Shown: positions 50,804 through 60,789 of the stretch, piece by piece | Layout: every line of letters begins with the position of its first letter | Numbering within the stretch: the first letter of the stretch is position 1 | NCBI GenBank assembly: GCA_903825645.1 | Contig: CAIKBL010000026.1 | Span: 17,371-81,370, forward strand | DNA from: an uncultured Pseudomonadota bacterium | GTDB taxonomy: Bacteria > Pseudomonadota > Gammaproteobacteria > Ga0077536 | Length of the DNA: 64,000 nucleotides | Direction: 5' to 3' | Translations under genes and position numbers: made by a program | The notes under the pieces: generated by a model | What the model was told of the DNA's origin: nothing | Databases searched by the model: none | The model's input: the letters and a program-made list of their open reading frames with translations, nothing else

Positions 50804-52657
50804 TTACGGTGCCTCGGGTTTGAAGGCAAGCAGGACATTACCCGGCAACCCACCCCAATTGGCATAGCCTGAACTCATATAAACCCAGCCGTTTACAACG
50901 ACGACGCCCGCCTGATCAAGCGCGCCGCCATGTCCAGGTGCGCCGTTCACCGTGTGATAGTCCCGCACCGTATCGAAGGTCCACAGCACTTTACCGTTAC
51001 GCGTGTCGAAAGCACGCATGACACCACTCATGGCACCCGAAAATACCGTCCCCGGGATGGCGGTAACCGCCGCGGACTGGGCTGGACTACAGCGCTCTCG
51101 CCCCTGACAGGAAACGGGCGGCGCATGCCACAGCGGCTTTCCGTCCATCAGATTGAGCGCAAAAAGCCCACCGCCAGCCGTGGGATCGAGATCAACCTTG
51201 TCACCAAAAAAGCGTCCGCCCCGCCATTGCGCGTCGGAAACCGCGACGTAGACCGCGTTGATATCAGCGGCAGAGCCCCATTCAACGCCACCAATGATGC
51301 CGCCCTTGCCAACCCGCGTTTTCCAGACAACCGCGCCCGCCTTGTCCGGATCAAGCGCGTGCATCACGCCACTCTTCTGACCCCCAAGTATCAGACGGCG
51401 TCCATCGGCGCGCGTCACCAGAATGGGTGCGGAGCCCATGTCATGATCGGGACCATCTTTGACCGGACAATTCGCCTTATCGGGGAGGGCACAGGAGGCG
51501 TTAAACGCATCACCCGGCAAACCCTGGTAGGACCAGAGGATCTCGCCTTTGTCGAGCGACATCGCGAGGATCGCGTCGCTGGTCTTGGTTGCGGGTTGGG
51601 TATAGTTGTCGCCGGAGGCCGCATATAACCGGTTGTTCTTCTCATCAATCGTCAACGCCGCCCACACCGCGCCACCGTTCGGACCGACATGGACTTTACC
51701 TTTCACCGAGGAAGTTTCTTCGTGCGGAGATTCAGTGATGGTGTGCTGCTTCCATTCGATTCTGCCGCTCGACGCATCGACGCGCACGACTGCTCCTCGA
51801 AAAGTACAACACTTATAGGCTGGATCTGCCGCCAAGCCCTCCTCCAGTGACGAGACAGGAATATAGAGCTTGCCCCCCACGAACTGGAAACCGCCCGTCA
51901 ACCGCGCAGAGGGGTGGTCATCCGCCACTACCTGCCAAACCAATTTTCCGCTCGCGGCATCGACAGCGTAGGCTCGACCACTGACATCCCCAAAGAACGC
52001 GAGCCACTGCCCACTGTCCAGTTTTCCAATCAAAATAGGCCCTTTAACCGCCGCGTTAGCCTGGAAAGCCCAATGCGTGCAGCCCGTCAGCGCGTTCAGG
52101 GCGTAAACCGTTCCACTTCGACTACCGACGAAAAGACGGCCGTCCAACACGGAGGCTTGCGCTTCCGCGAGCGTCTCTCCGGGAAACGCGAATACCCACT
52201 GGAGCTTGAGATTTTTCACTTTTTCACGCGGCAATGCGGCCATCGCCGCCGGCTGGGAACGTGTATTCCCGAAATTGCCACCCCAACCATTCCAGTGCGG
52301 GGCCGAAAGCGGATCGGCGCTTATTGGCCAGGTCGATGCGGCACACTGGTTAGCCACCTTGGCCGTCCAGCCCACGGTATAAGGTTTGCCCGTCACATAT
52401 TCGGCAACCGCGACGCGTTGTGGACCGTTCAGACTGAACGTACCGATCACCCGCATGACACCCGTTTCGAGGGCACGCACGACATTGGCCGGTTCCATTT
52501 TCCCCAGCGTCTCGAAGCTCGGCGCACGTGCAGCACCGTGATCGTGGCACGTCGCGCAGTACTGTCCGTATATGGCCTTACCGTCGGATTTTTCTACCGC
52601 ACTTGCACTCATCGCGAGGCCGAGTACGACGACAGTCGTCAGGATTTTTTTGATCAC
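50804..52657 (-). CDS. Periplasmic heme c/PQQ beta-propeller dehydrogenase (PVA-dehydrogenase-like)
   Basis: Signal peptide from GTG 52657, N-terminal CATCH heme motif, WNGWG, LQWVF, CCTFRG, GGAVW, DHDMG, GGVEWG, SGYANWGGLPGNVLLAF. Confidence 0.85.
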   Translation of the reverse strand: MIKKILTTVVVLGLAMSASAVEKSDGKAIYGQYCATCHDHGAARAPSFETLGKMEPANVVRALETGVMRVIGTFSLNGPQRVAVAEYVTGKPYTVGWTAKVANQCAASTWPISADPLSAPHWNGWGGNFGNTRSQPAAMAALPREKVKNLKLQWVFAFPGETLAEAQASVLDGRLFVGSRSGTVYALNALTGCTHWAFQANAAVKGPILIGKLDSGQWLAFFGDVSGRAYAVDAASGKLVWQVVADDHPSARLTGGFQFVGGKLYIPVSSLEEGLAADPAYKCCTFRGAVVRVDASSGRIEWKQHTITESPHEETSSVKGKVHVGPNGGAVWAALTIDEKNNRLYAASGDNYTQPATKTSDAILAMSLDKGEILWSYQGLPGDAFNASCALPDKANCPVKDGPDHDMGSAPILVTRADGRRLILGGQKSGVMHALDPDKAGAVVWKTRVGKGGIIGGVEWGSAADINAVYVAVSDAQWRGGRFFGDKVDLDPTAGGGLFALNLMDGKPLWHAPPVSCQGRERCSPAQSAAVTAIPGTVFSGAMSGVMRAFDTRNGKVLWTFDTVRDYHTVNGAPGHGGALDQAGVVVVNGWVYMSSGYANWGGLPGNVLLAFKPEAP

Positions 52658-52772
52658 GATGCGAGCTCCCGAATAGAAGAACAAAAGGATAATGAATCCC
52701 GCCGATGAAACAAACAAGCTGCGGCCACGCGCATTTTTTTGGATTCGCGGTAGTGCCACAAATGCAAGGGGC

Positions 52773-53654
52773 TCATCGCCGATTGATGAGTGCGACCCCG
52801 ACGGCTGTGATCGCGATACCCACCATCTGGAAGGATGTCAGGGTTTCACCAAATAATGCGAATCCTTCGAGTGCCGTCACCGGCGGGACCAAATAAAACA
52901 AACTGGCCACCTGAGCGGCCGCGCCGCGTTGTATGAGCAGCCATAGCAGACTGATTGCCCCGAGCGAGAGGGCAAGGCACAGCCAGATGAGTGCGAAGAT
53001 GAAGCGAGGATGCCAATTGACCACGCCCGATTCGAAAAAATGCGAGAGCACATAGAAGGCAATTGCGGTGGGGATGAATTGGATACACGCCCCGACCCGG
53101 AGATCGACGCCGATAACGTAGCGCTTCTGATACACCGTACCCGCCGTAATGGCCAGCAATGCGACGACACAACTCACAAAGCCGAAGAGGGGTAACTGCC
53201 CTTGGGCAAGAGTTTTGCTGACCGTCAAGGAAAGCCCTAGAAACCCTAGACCAAAGCCCATAAATTGTCGTGACGTCACCCGCTCCCCCAAGAAGGGACC
53301 CGACACGGTGGCCGTGAGCAACGGCTGTACGCCCACAATCAAGGCCGAAATACCCGAAGACATCCCGTGCCGGATAGCCAGAAACACGCCGGCAATATAA
53401 AACCCATGCAGCAGGAGTCCACTGAAGACCAGATGCAGCCACATGCGCGGTCGTCTCGGCAACGGTAACCGTAAGCCGATAATCAGGAGGATTAATACCG
53501 CAGAGACGATGGCGTAACGATAGGCGAGAAACGTCAACGGCTCCGCATAGGGCAAGCCAAATTTTGCGCCAATGAAACCTGTCGACCATAACAACACAAA
53601 AAGCGGCGGCGCAAGTTGTGCGAAGCGATCCGATGCGGCGATTTTTGAAGTCAC
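52773..53654 (-). CDS. EamA/DMT family transporter
   Basis: LFVLLWSTGFI, duplicated 5-TM halves, SLFYLVPPVTA. Confidence 0.9.
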   Translation of the reverse strand: MTSKIAASDRFAQLAPPLFVLLWSTGFIGAKFGLPYAEPLTFLAYRYAIVSAVLILLIIGLRLPLPRRPRMWLHLVFSGLLLHGFYIAGVFLAIRHGMSSGISALIVGVQPLLTATVSGPFLGERVTSRQFMGFGLGFLGLSLTVSKTLAQGQLPLFGFVSCVVALLAITAGTVYQKRYVIGVDLRVGACIQFIPTAIAFYVLSHFFESGVVNWHPRFIFALIWLCLALSLGAISLLWLLIQRGAAAQVASLFYLVPPVTALEGFALFGETLTSFQMVGIAITAVGVALINRR

Positions 53655-53745
53655 GACGAAGCAACATCCTGGCAGGCAGAAGCAATCGCGGCGAAGTATA
53701 CGGTATGCTTGCCGTCTGAAAAGAAAAAGTCCAACGTGATCACAG

Positions 53746-54417
53746 ATGCTTGAACACTTAGTCCACCGTCCACAGGACCTGTCGGGCGGACGCCCACCCT
53801 TGCTGATTTTTCTGCATGGCGTCGGTGGTAACGAGACGGGTCTCTTTGCATTTGCCCCGCGGTTTGACCCGCGTTTATTGATAATCAGTCCACGGGCGCC
53901 CTTCCCGCGAGGATCTCAGCGTTATTGCTGGTTCGAAAACGATTTTACTGACGCAAATCCTGTCACGACTAATGCTGAGTTAGATAATAGCTGCGGCCTG
54001 CTCACCCAGTTTATCAATGACGTGGTGATGGCCTACGGGGCGGATCGACGGCAAGTATTTCTGCTCGGTTTCAGTCAGGGGGCAACGCTCGCCTATAGCC
54101 TATTGCTGCGTGCCCCGGCCAAATTGCGCGGCGCCGTCCTGATGGCGGGACAATTTCTGCCGGAAATGGCCGATCTAGCAGCGCCCGTCGTACCGTTGAG
54201 CCATCTGACACTCCTCATCCAACATGGCACAACCGATCCCGTAGTCCCGCTATTGCACAGTGTGGCTGCACGCGATTGCTTCGTAGGCTTAGGCGCTTCA
54301 CTCGGTTACCGACAGTATGCGGCGGCCCACGAGATCACCCGGGAAATGATCGCCGAGGCAATCGATTTCCTGCACGCCCAACTGAATAGAGCCATGCCCC
54401 GTCCATCTCCGGATTAG
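53746..54417 (+). CDS. Alpha/beta hydrolase (phospholipase/carboxylesterase family)
   Basis: LHGVGGN, GFSQG nucleophile elbow, HGTTDPVV, AHEI. Confidence 0.88.
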   Translation: MLEHLVHRPQDLSGGRPPLLIFLHGVGGNETGLFAFAPRFDPRLLIISPRAPFPRGSQRYCWFENDFTDANPVTTNAELDNSCGLLTQFINDVVMAYGADRRQVFLLGFSQGATLAYSLLLRAPAKLRGAVLMAGQFLPEMADLAAPVVPLSHLTLLIQHGTTDPVVPLLHSVAARDCFVGLGASLGYRQYAAAHEITREMIAEAIDFLHAQLNRAMPRPSPD

Positions 54418-54456
54418 AATAAATGTCCCTTTTTTCAACCCCACGAAGGAGCCGTT

Positions 54457-55236
54457 ATGCCTCGTCTTTCCAAACTCAGCCGCAGCATCAAGGATAAAGT
54501 TGCACTCGTCACCGGCGCCGCGAGTGGGATGGGGCGAGCAACGGCGCATCTCTTCGCCGATGAAGGGGCTCAGGTCGCCGTGACGGATCTCGATGAGCAG
54601 AAGGTTCAGCGCGTGGTCGATGAAATCACCGCATCAGGCGGCAGAGCCGCCGGATGGGCATTGGACGTCACCGATAGAGCAAGACGCCAACAGGTAGTCG
54701 CCGAAATCCTGCGACAGTTCGGTGGATTGGATATCTTGATTAACAACGCCGGCACCGTCTTTGAATCGTCCCTAACGTCGGATTCGTTCGACACTGACTG
54801 GGCTCGCACCTTTGCCGTTAACCTGACGGCCCAAGTGGCACTCATCCGCGATTGTCTCGCGCCCCTGACTCGTTGCGGCGCGGGCAGGATTGTCAATATT
54901 GCGTCGACCGAGGGACTCGGCGCCACCAAGGGGATCAGCGCTTACACCGCAAGTAAAACGGGTGTCATCGGACTCACCCGCTCGCTCGCTATAGAACTTG
55001 CCGAACAGGGGATCACGGTCAACTGCATTTGTCCCGGTGCGGTCAATACGGGGATGACTTCTAACATTACCGACACACATAAAGAAATATTTGCGCGACG
55101 TCGGGTGGCCCTCAAGCGTTATGCTGAGCCCGAAGAGATAGCGCAAATCACCTTGAGTCTAGTGCTCCCCGCGGCCTCTTATTTGACCGGGGCGGCTATC
55201 CCCGTCGATGGCGGCCTCACCATCAAAAACGCTTAA
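54457..55236 (+). CDS. Short-chain dehydrogenase/reductase
   Basis: TGAASGMG, NNAG, YTASK, VDGG. Confidence 0.93.
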   Translation: MPRLSKLSRSIKDKVALVTGAASGMGRATAHLFADEGAQVAVTDLDEQKVQRVVDEITASGGRAAGWALDVTDRARRQQVVAEILRQFGGLDILINNAGTVFESSLTSDSFDTDWARTFAVNLTAQVALIRDCLAPLTRCGAGRIVNIASTEGLGATKGISAYTASKTGVIGLTRSLAIELAEQGITVNCICPGAVNTGMTSNITDTHKEIFARRRVALKRYAEPEEIAQITLSLVLPAASYLTGAAIPVDGGLTIKNA

Positions 55237-55252
55237 ACCCGGACTGTAGTGG

Positions 55253-56392
55253 ATGATTCTCTCACTCGAGCAGCAACAAGTTCAGCGCCTCGCGCGGGCG
55301 TTTGCCGCGCGCGAAATGATCCCTTTCGCGGCGCAATGGGACCGGGACTGCGAGGTGCCGATCAGCGTCTTACGCGCGCTGGGCGAACTGGGCTTCATGG
55401 GGCTGTGTACCGAGCCGGTTTGGGGTGGCGCAGGTCTCGATTATGTCTCTTATGTGTTAGCGGTCGAGGAAATTGCCGCCGCTGACTGTGGGGTCGCCAA
55501 TCTCATGTGCGTCAATAATTCGCCCAACTGCGCGGCGCTGCAGGCCTATGGAACAGCGCAGCAAAAAGCCCGGTTCTTACGCCCCCTTGCCACAGGTCGC
55601 CAACACAGTGCGTTCCTTCTTACAGAGCCTCTGGCGGGCTCAGACGCCGCCGCGATTGAAACCCGCGCCGCGCGTAGCGGAGAAAATTATGTGCTGAACG
55701 GCCAGAAGGCGTTTGTGACAGGGGGACGAAGCGCGGAAATCGCCCTGATCGTCGCCGTCACTGATCCCGCCGCGGGCAAACGTGGGATCTCCTGCTTTCT
55801 GACTTCTACCCGCACACCCGGTTATCGGGTAGTGCGCGAAGAGCAAAAACTGGGGCACCGTGCAGCGGACACCTGTCAGATCGCGCTCGAAGATCTGAGC
55901 GTCCCGGCAGATCAGCTGCTGGGGACACCCGGCGCCGGCTATAAGATTGCGCTCGCTTTTCTCGAGAACGGTCGTATCGGCGTCGCCGCACAGGCCGTTG
56001 GCGTCGCCCGCGCCGCTCTCCACGCTGCCCAGCGCTACGCCGCAGACCGACGGGCGTTCGGCAAACCATTGAGCGCCCACCAAGCGATCGCTTTCAAGCT
56101 GGCCGACATGGCGACAGCCGTCGAAGGCGCGCACCACATGACCCTCCACGCCGCATGCCTGAAGGACGCCGGCCAATCCTGTATTCGTGAGGCTTCTATG
56201 GCGAAGCTTTACGCCTCAACGATTGCGGAGCAGGTGTGCTCCGAAGCCATTCAAATCCATGGCGGATATGGCTACCTACAAGACTTTCCGGTCGAAAAGT
56301 ACTACCGAGATGCCCGTGTGCTGTCAATATACGAGGGGACTAACGAGATCCAACGCATGGTAATTGCACGCGATCTGGTCGGGCGAGACTGA
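55253..56392 (+). CDS. Acyl-CoA dehydrogenase
   Basis: LTEPLAGSD, LNGQKAFVT, QIHGGYGY, YEGTNEIQR. Confidence 0.94.
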   Translation: MILSLEQQQVQRLARAFAAREMIPFAAQWDRDCEVPISVLRALGELGFMGLCTEPVWGGAGLDYVSYVLAVEEIAAADCGVANLMCVNNSPNCAALQAYGTAQQKARFLRPLATGRQHSAFLLTEPLAGSDAAAIETRAARSGENYVLNGQKAFVTGGRSAEIALIVAVTDPAAGKRGISCFLTSTRTPGYRVVREEQKLGHRAADTCQIALEDLSVPADQLLGTPGAGYKIALAFLENGRIGVAAQAVGVARAALHAAQRYAADRRAFGKPLSAHQAIAFKLADMATAVEGAHHMTLHAACLKDAGQSCIREASMAKLYASTIAEQVCSEAIQIHGGYGYLQDFPVEKYYRDARVLSIYEGTNEIQRMVIARDLVGRD

Positions 56393-56411
56393 CGGCAGCG
56401 GCTACGCGCAA

Positions 56412-56693
56412 CTAGACATCGTCTGAGTCGTCTCCCCCCGCGAGTGATTCTTGGACAGGATCAGGCTCACCACCGCTGGCCAGATGCACCGCATACCACT
56501 CGATGATCAGTTCTGAAAGATTATCGGTCGATTCGTCTTCGAAAATCGCGATTTCAAGCCCGCTCGCTTCACAAATACGTTCAATCGGTGCCCAATCAAA
56601 CGATAGATCGCCGGTGTCTGGATCGAGCAAGAGCGCCAGATCTGAAAAATCCAGATCATCGGGGATGATCAACGGGGTGGGATGGTTATCCAT
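56412..56693 (-). CDS. Small very acidic hypothetical protein (93 aa)
   Basis: Fills the gap, co-oriented after the Nudix gene; IPDDLDFSDL...LSFDWAPIERICEASG...IEWY. Confidence 0.7.
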   Translation of the reverse strand: MDNHPTPLIIPDDLDFSDLALLLDPDTGDLSFDWAPIERICEASGLEIAIFEDESTDNLSELIIEWYAVHLASGGEPDPVQESLAGGDDSDDV

Positions 56694-56751
56694 GGACGCA
56701 TCTCGTCAGCGGCGTCACCGGCACGCCACCTGCTGGGTAAAGGGGATTGGC

Positions 56752-57438
56752 TTAGAAATCGCGGAGGTATTGCCAGTCGTTACCCTGCATCACCAAGCGG
56801 TGTCTGGGTCCCGGCACGGCGAAATCGCCCGCCTCATATCCCGCATCTTCCTGATACAAGGTGCAGCGTCCGTCATCAATTGGCACCAATCTCGGCAGGA
56901 AGCGTTGTATTTCAACACCGCGCAAATGCGCAGTGAGCGCTTCGCCGCTGCTTATTGACTCGAAATTCAGTAACGTCACAAACGTTGGTGCCGGCAAATT
57001 AAGCTCGCCGGTACGTTGTCGCGCCAGCGCAGCCGCCGGGGTCATCCAGCAATAGTCCACAATTTCAGAATTGTCGACGCGAACCTCAGCGGGCTCTTCC
57101 AGAATCACGGCAAAAAACCATGTCGCGAATCGTTTAGGTAAATCGACAGGGGTGGTCCAGTGCGCGAACGGCAACATGCTCTGCTCGCCCAACGTAAGCC
57201 CCGTTTCCTCTAGCGCTTCACGTACGGCTGTACGCCGTGCAATATCCATTTCAGAGGCGGTGCCACCGGGGAGGCTATCACCGTCATCCACCCGGCCCCC
57301 GGGGAAAACCCATGCCCCGCCGTGAAACGCGATATTCTCGTTCCGTCGAACGAGCAGGACCTCTAGCGATTCGACGCCGTCCCGAACCACCACAACGGAG
57401 GCAGAGGGTCTGGCGGGCACGGGCATTGGCGTTGTCAT
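56752..57438 (-). CDS. Nudix hydrolase, NUDT19-like (possible acyl-CoA diphosphatase)
   Basis: RPSASVVVVR, VFPGGRVD...AVREALEETG, HWTTP...KRFATWFF. Confidence 0.8.
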   Translation of the reverse strand: MTTPMPVPARPSASVVVVRDGVESLEVLLVRRNENIAFHGGAWVFPGGRVDDGDSLPGGTASEMDIARRTAVREALEETGLTLGEQSMLPFAHWTTPVDLPKRFATWFFAVILEEPAEVRVDNSEIVDYCWMTPAAALARQRTGELNLPAPTFVTLLNFESISSGEALTAHLRGVEIQRFLPRLVPIDDGRCTLYQEDAGYEAGDFAVPGPRHRLVMQGNDWQYLRDF

Positions 57439-57445
57439 AGGAGCC

Positions 57446-57475
57446 AGTATACCGCAGCACTTTGAGGAACGTCAG
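57446..57475 (-). promoter_or_regulatory. Putative leaderless promoter for the Nudix gene
   Basis: CTGACG-N18-TATACT-N7-ATG, no SD. Confidence 0.4.
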
Positions 57476-57493
57476 AGGAGACGTCCGGGCCTT

Positions 57494-59326
57494 TCAACGA
57501 ATCGCACATCCCTCAAGCCTCCCGTTAGCCCGCCACTCAGCCAGGATTTCAAAAAAACGGATGGGCCCGGCGCCATAGGCAAACGTGAAAAAGCTGTTCG
57601 GATTCCCCGCTTGTCCTTCGTTATTGTAGTAACCAGGAGTGCACTCCACCCTGAACTCTTCCCCCATACGCGCCTTACTTTCCATCTCTGCCACCCAGCC
57701 CGCCTCGCCTTCTGCTAACGTCTGGATGGTCGTCGCACCGCGTGCTTTCAGCTCACCGAGGATGTAGGTGACATGCCGGGCCTGCTCATTCAGGCTCTGC
57801 GGGACATTGACTGTGACGGCGGTTTGCGTGAACCCCAGGAAGAAGCAGTTTGGAAAGCCCTGCGTCTGCAGGCCATGGAGGGTGCGCAATCCATCACGCC
57901 ATTTTTCACTCAGTGTCTGGCCCCCTTGACCAATAACGTCGTATCCGGCCCGCCGGGTATAACTAGTCCCCACTTCAAATCCCGTCGCGAAAATAAGGCA
58001 ATCGAGTTCAATTTCGCGTCCATCGACGACGACCCCACGTTCGGTGATGCGTTCGACACCCCGCCCTGCGGTATCGATGAGCTCAACGTTAGGGCGATTA
58101 AAAGTGGGCAGGTATTCATCGTGGAAACAGGGTCGCTTACAAAACTGGCGATACCAGGGCTTCAGCATTTCAGCGGTCGCTTCCTCTTTGACAAGCGCCT
58201 CGGCCCTGGCACGGACGCTGTTCATTTTCTGGAAATCAGCCATCTCCATCAGCGCTTCTTTTTCCGCGCTCGTCAACCGTCTGCCCAGTTTGCGCGACGC
58301 TGTTTTTGCCGCGATGCCGGTGAGATTTCGAAAGATATCTGTCCATCCATCGGCGACGAGATCTTCCTCTTGATCGCCGCCACTCACGAGGATGTTGAAA
58401 TTCTCCATACGGCGGTACTGCCAGCCTGGCTCAAGTGAACCCGCCCATTCAGGATCGGTCTCGCGGTTATTACGGACATCGACCGACGAGGGTGTACGCT
58501 GGAACACGTATAACTGCGCGGCTGAAGCCCCGAGATGCGGGATGCATTGAACAGCCGTTGCGCCAGTCCCGATGATCCCGACGCGCTTGTCTGCCAGCCC
58601 ATGCAGATTTCCCGTACTATCGCCACCGGTGTACGCATAATCCCAACGACTGGTATGGAAAGTATGACCCTTGAAAGTCTCAATGCCTGGAATGCCGGGC
58701 AGCTTAGGACGACTTAAGGGGCCGTTTGCCATCGTCACAAACCGCGCCTTCATACGATCGCCGCGATCCGTCTCGATGATCCATTTTTCCGCTGTATCGT
58801 CCCAGGCAATGGAGGTGACCCGCGTCTGTAGAAGCGCATTATCGTAAAGCTTGTAGTGCCGCGCGATGTTCTGCGAGTGCGCCATTATTTCAGGCGCAAA
58901 GGAGTATTTGTGCTTCGGAACGTAATTTAACTCCTCGAGCAGAGGGAGGTAACAATAGGATTCAACGTCACACATCGCCCCGGGGTAACGATTCCAATAC
59001 CACGTACCGCCGAAGTCACCCGCTTGTTCTATAACGCGGATATCTTCAAAACCGGCCTCGCGAAGCCTCCCCCCCATCAGCAAGCCACCGAAACCGCCCC
59101 CGATAATCGCTACTTCGACCTCGTCAAACACCGGCGCACGGGCTTGTTGATCAACATAGGGATCGTCCACATAGTTAGAAAAATCTCCCTTGACCTCGAC
59201 GTACTGGTCGTTGCCGTCCGATCTTAATCGACGGTCCCTCTCATGACGGTATTTCGCTTTAAGGGCCACGGGGTCGAAGTCGATTTCGCCAAGTGTCTGG
59301 CGGAGGACTTGGTTGATGTCACTCAT
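57494..59326 (-). CDS. Type I Baeyer-Villiger monooxygenase (long CPDMO/CDMO/PtlE-like type)
   Basis: GGGFGG, GGTWYWNRYPG, fingerprint FKGHTFHTSRW, GTGATA, ATGF; extended N-terminus KYRHERDRRLR. Confidence 0.92.
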   Translation of the reverse strand: MSDINQVLRQTLGEIDFDPVALKAKYRHERDRRLRSDGNDQYVEVKGDFSNYVDDPYVDQQARAPVFDEVEVAIIGGGFGGLLMGGRLREAGFEDIRVIEQAGDFGGTWYWNRYPGAMCDVESYCYLPLLEELNYVPKHKYSFAPEIMAHSQNIARHYKLYDNALLQTRVTSIAWDDTAEKWIIETDRGDRMKARFVTMANGPLSRPKLPGIPGIETFKGHTFHTSRWDYAYTGGDSTGNLHGLADKRVGIIGTGATAVQCIPHLGASAAQLYVFQRTPSSVDVRNNRETDPEWAGSLEPGWQYRRMENFNILVSGGDQEEDLVADGWTDIFRNLTGIAAKTASRKLGRRLTSAEKEALMEMADFQKMNSVRARAEALVKEEATAEMLKPWYRQFCKRPCFHDEYLPTFNRPNVELIDTAGRGVERITERGVVVDGREIELDCLIFATGFEVGTSYTRRAGYDVIGQGGQTLSEKWRDGLRTLHGLQTQGFPNCFFLGFTQTAVTVNVPQSLNEQARHVTYILGELKARGATTIQTLAEGEAGWVAEMESKARMGEEFRVECTPGYYNNEGQAGNPNSFFTFAYGAGPIRFFEILAEWRANGRLEGCAIR

Positions 59327-59458
59327 GGAGATTCCTGTCTGAAAATCTGCATATGCATCGCGTTAAATACGGGTCGAGAGTATAGCGTTTTGGGGCACCT
59401 ATTGGCACCTGCTCAGGGGCTCCAAGACAAATTCCGGTGGGTGCCCGGGAAGCACCTT

Positions 59459-60661
59459 TCAGCGATTAGCACGCACCACTGTTTTGGCATCTTGAAGCGC
59501 CGAAATACGCGCTGCATCGTAACCGAGAAGTCGCGACAACACAGTCGCATTGTGCTCGCCTAGCAACGGCGCTTCAAATGTAGGTAACTCCGGTTGCGCG
59601 GAGAACTTGAAAGGGAATCCCGGAATTTGGACATCTCCTAGGATAGGGTCTGTCACGGTTCGAACCATCCCCCTGTCCAGAAAATATTCGTGATCCAGTG
59701 CATCTATCGGGCTCAGTACTGGACCGGCGGGTACGCGAGCGGCCTCGAGTGCCCCCAACATCGCCTCGTTATTATCGAATGTCGCGGCCCAAACTTCGAT
59801 TATTTCAATCAGCAGATCCTGATGCTGGGCGCGGCTGCTGCCATCGATGAATCGCGGATCCTTTTCCAGCTCTGGCCGACCCAGCGCCTGGCACATCCCG
59901 GCCCACTGCAACTGCAATACGGCGATGACGAAATAGCCAGTAGGACCCTTGAACACGCCGAAGGGCGCGATCATTTCGTGATGTGCCCCCATCCGCGTCG
60001 GTGCGAAATCGCCCCCCGCGACCGACCGGCCATGTACGTTGTATTCGTGCATATGAAACATCGCATCCACCATCGAAAGATCAAGGTATTGTCCCTCCCC
60101 TGTCTGCGCACGGTGATACAGCGCATAACCCAACGCCGCGAACCCGTGGACACCCGCGTTGGTATCACAGACCCCAATACCAACCGGGTGAGGAGAACCC
60201 CCACGCGGCCCAGTCATGTGCATCAGTCCGCTGAAGGCCTGCGCTATCCAGTCGTAACCAGTTTTGTGTGAAAGCGTGCTCTTACGACCAAAGGCAGAAA
60301 CCGAGGCCATGATGAGACGAGGATTAAGTTTTTGGAGCGACAGATAATCAAACCCACGCTTCTCCATCACACCCGGACCGAAGTTCTCAACCACGATGTC
60401 TACTTTGGAGACCAGTTCGCGGATGATCGCCTGCGCGGCAACATGATTCAAATCAAGACAAAGACTTTGCTTGCCTCGATTTTGCTGGACAAAGAAACCA
60501 CTCCGGCCATCGCGGATGAGTGGGAGAAGGCGCCCCGGATCTCCGCCCGGCGCCTGCTCTATTTTGATGATCTCCGCCCCCATCTCAGCCATGAGTCGCG
60601 TTACCGTGGGTCCCGCAAGATATTGGGTAAAATCGAGCACTCGAATGCCATCAAGAATCAT
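59459..60661 (-). CDS. Family III CoA-transferase (CaiB/BaiF)
   Basis: LDGIRVLDFTQYLAGP, NRGKQS, VENFGPG, GYDWIAQ (catalytic Asp position), APLLGEHN. Confidence 0.92.
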   Translation of the reverse strand: MILDGIRVLDFTQYLAGPTVTRLMAEMGAEIIKIEQAPGGDPGRLLPLIRDGRSGFFVQQNRGKQSLCLDLNHVAAQAIIRELVSKVDIVVENFGPGVMEKRGFDYLSLQKLNPRLIMASVSAFGRKSTLSHKTGYDWIAQAFSGLMHMTGPRGGSPHPVGIGVCDTNAGVHGFAALGYALYHRAQTGEGQYLDLSMVDAMFHMHEYNVHGRSVAGGDFAPTRMGAHHEMIAPFGVFKGPTGYFVIAVLQLQWAGMCQALGRPELEKDPRFIDGSSRAQHQDLLIEIIEVWAATFDNNEAMLGALEAARVPAGPVLSPIDALDHEYFLDRGMVRTVTDPILGDVQIPGFPFKFSAQPELPTFEAPLLGEHNATVLSRLLGYDAARISALQDAKTVVRANR

Positions 60662-60789
60662 GCGTAGCCTCCCGCCCAACAGTTTGGAGAACAGCGTCTG
60701 CCGGGTCAGTGGCCAGGTAGGGCCGGCTAGACATTCGGTGTCATCATGCCATCGTACGAAGGACAAATCTCTGCGGGCATGGCGCAGAC

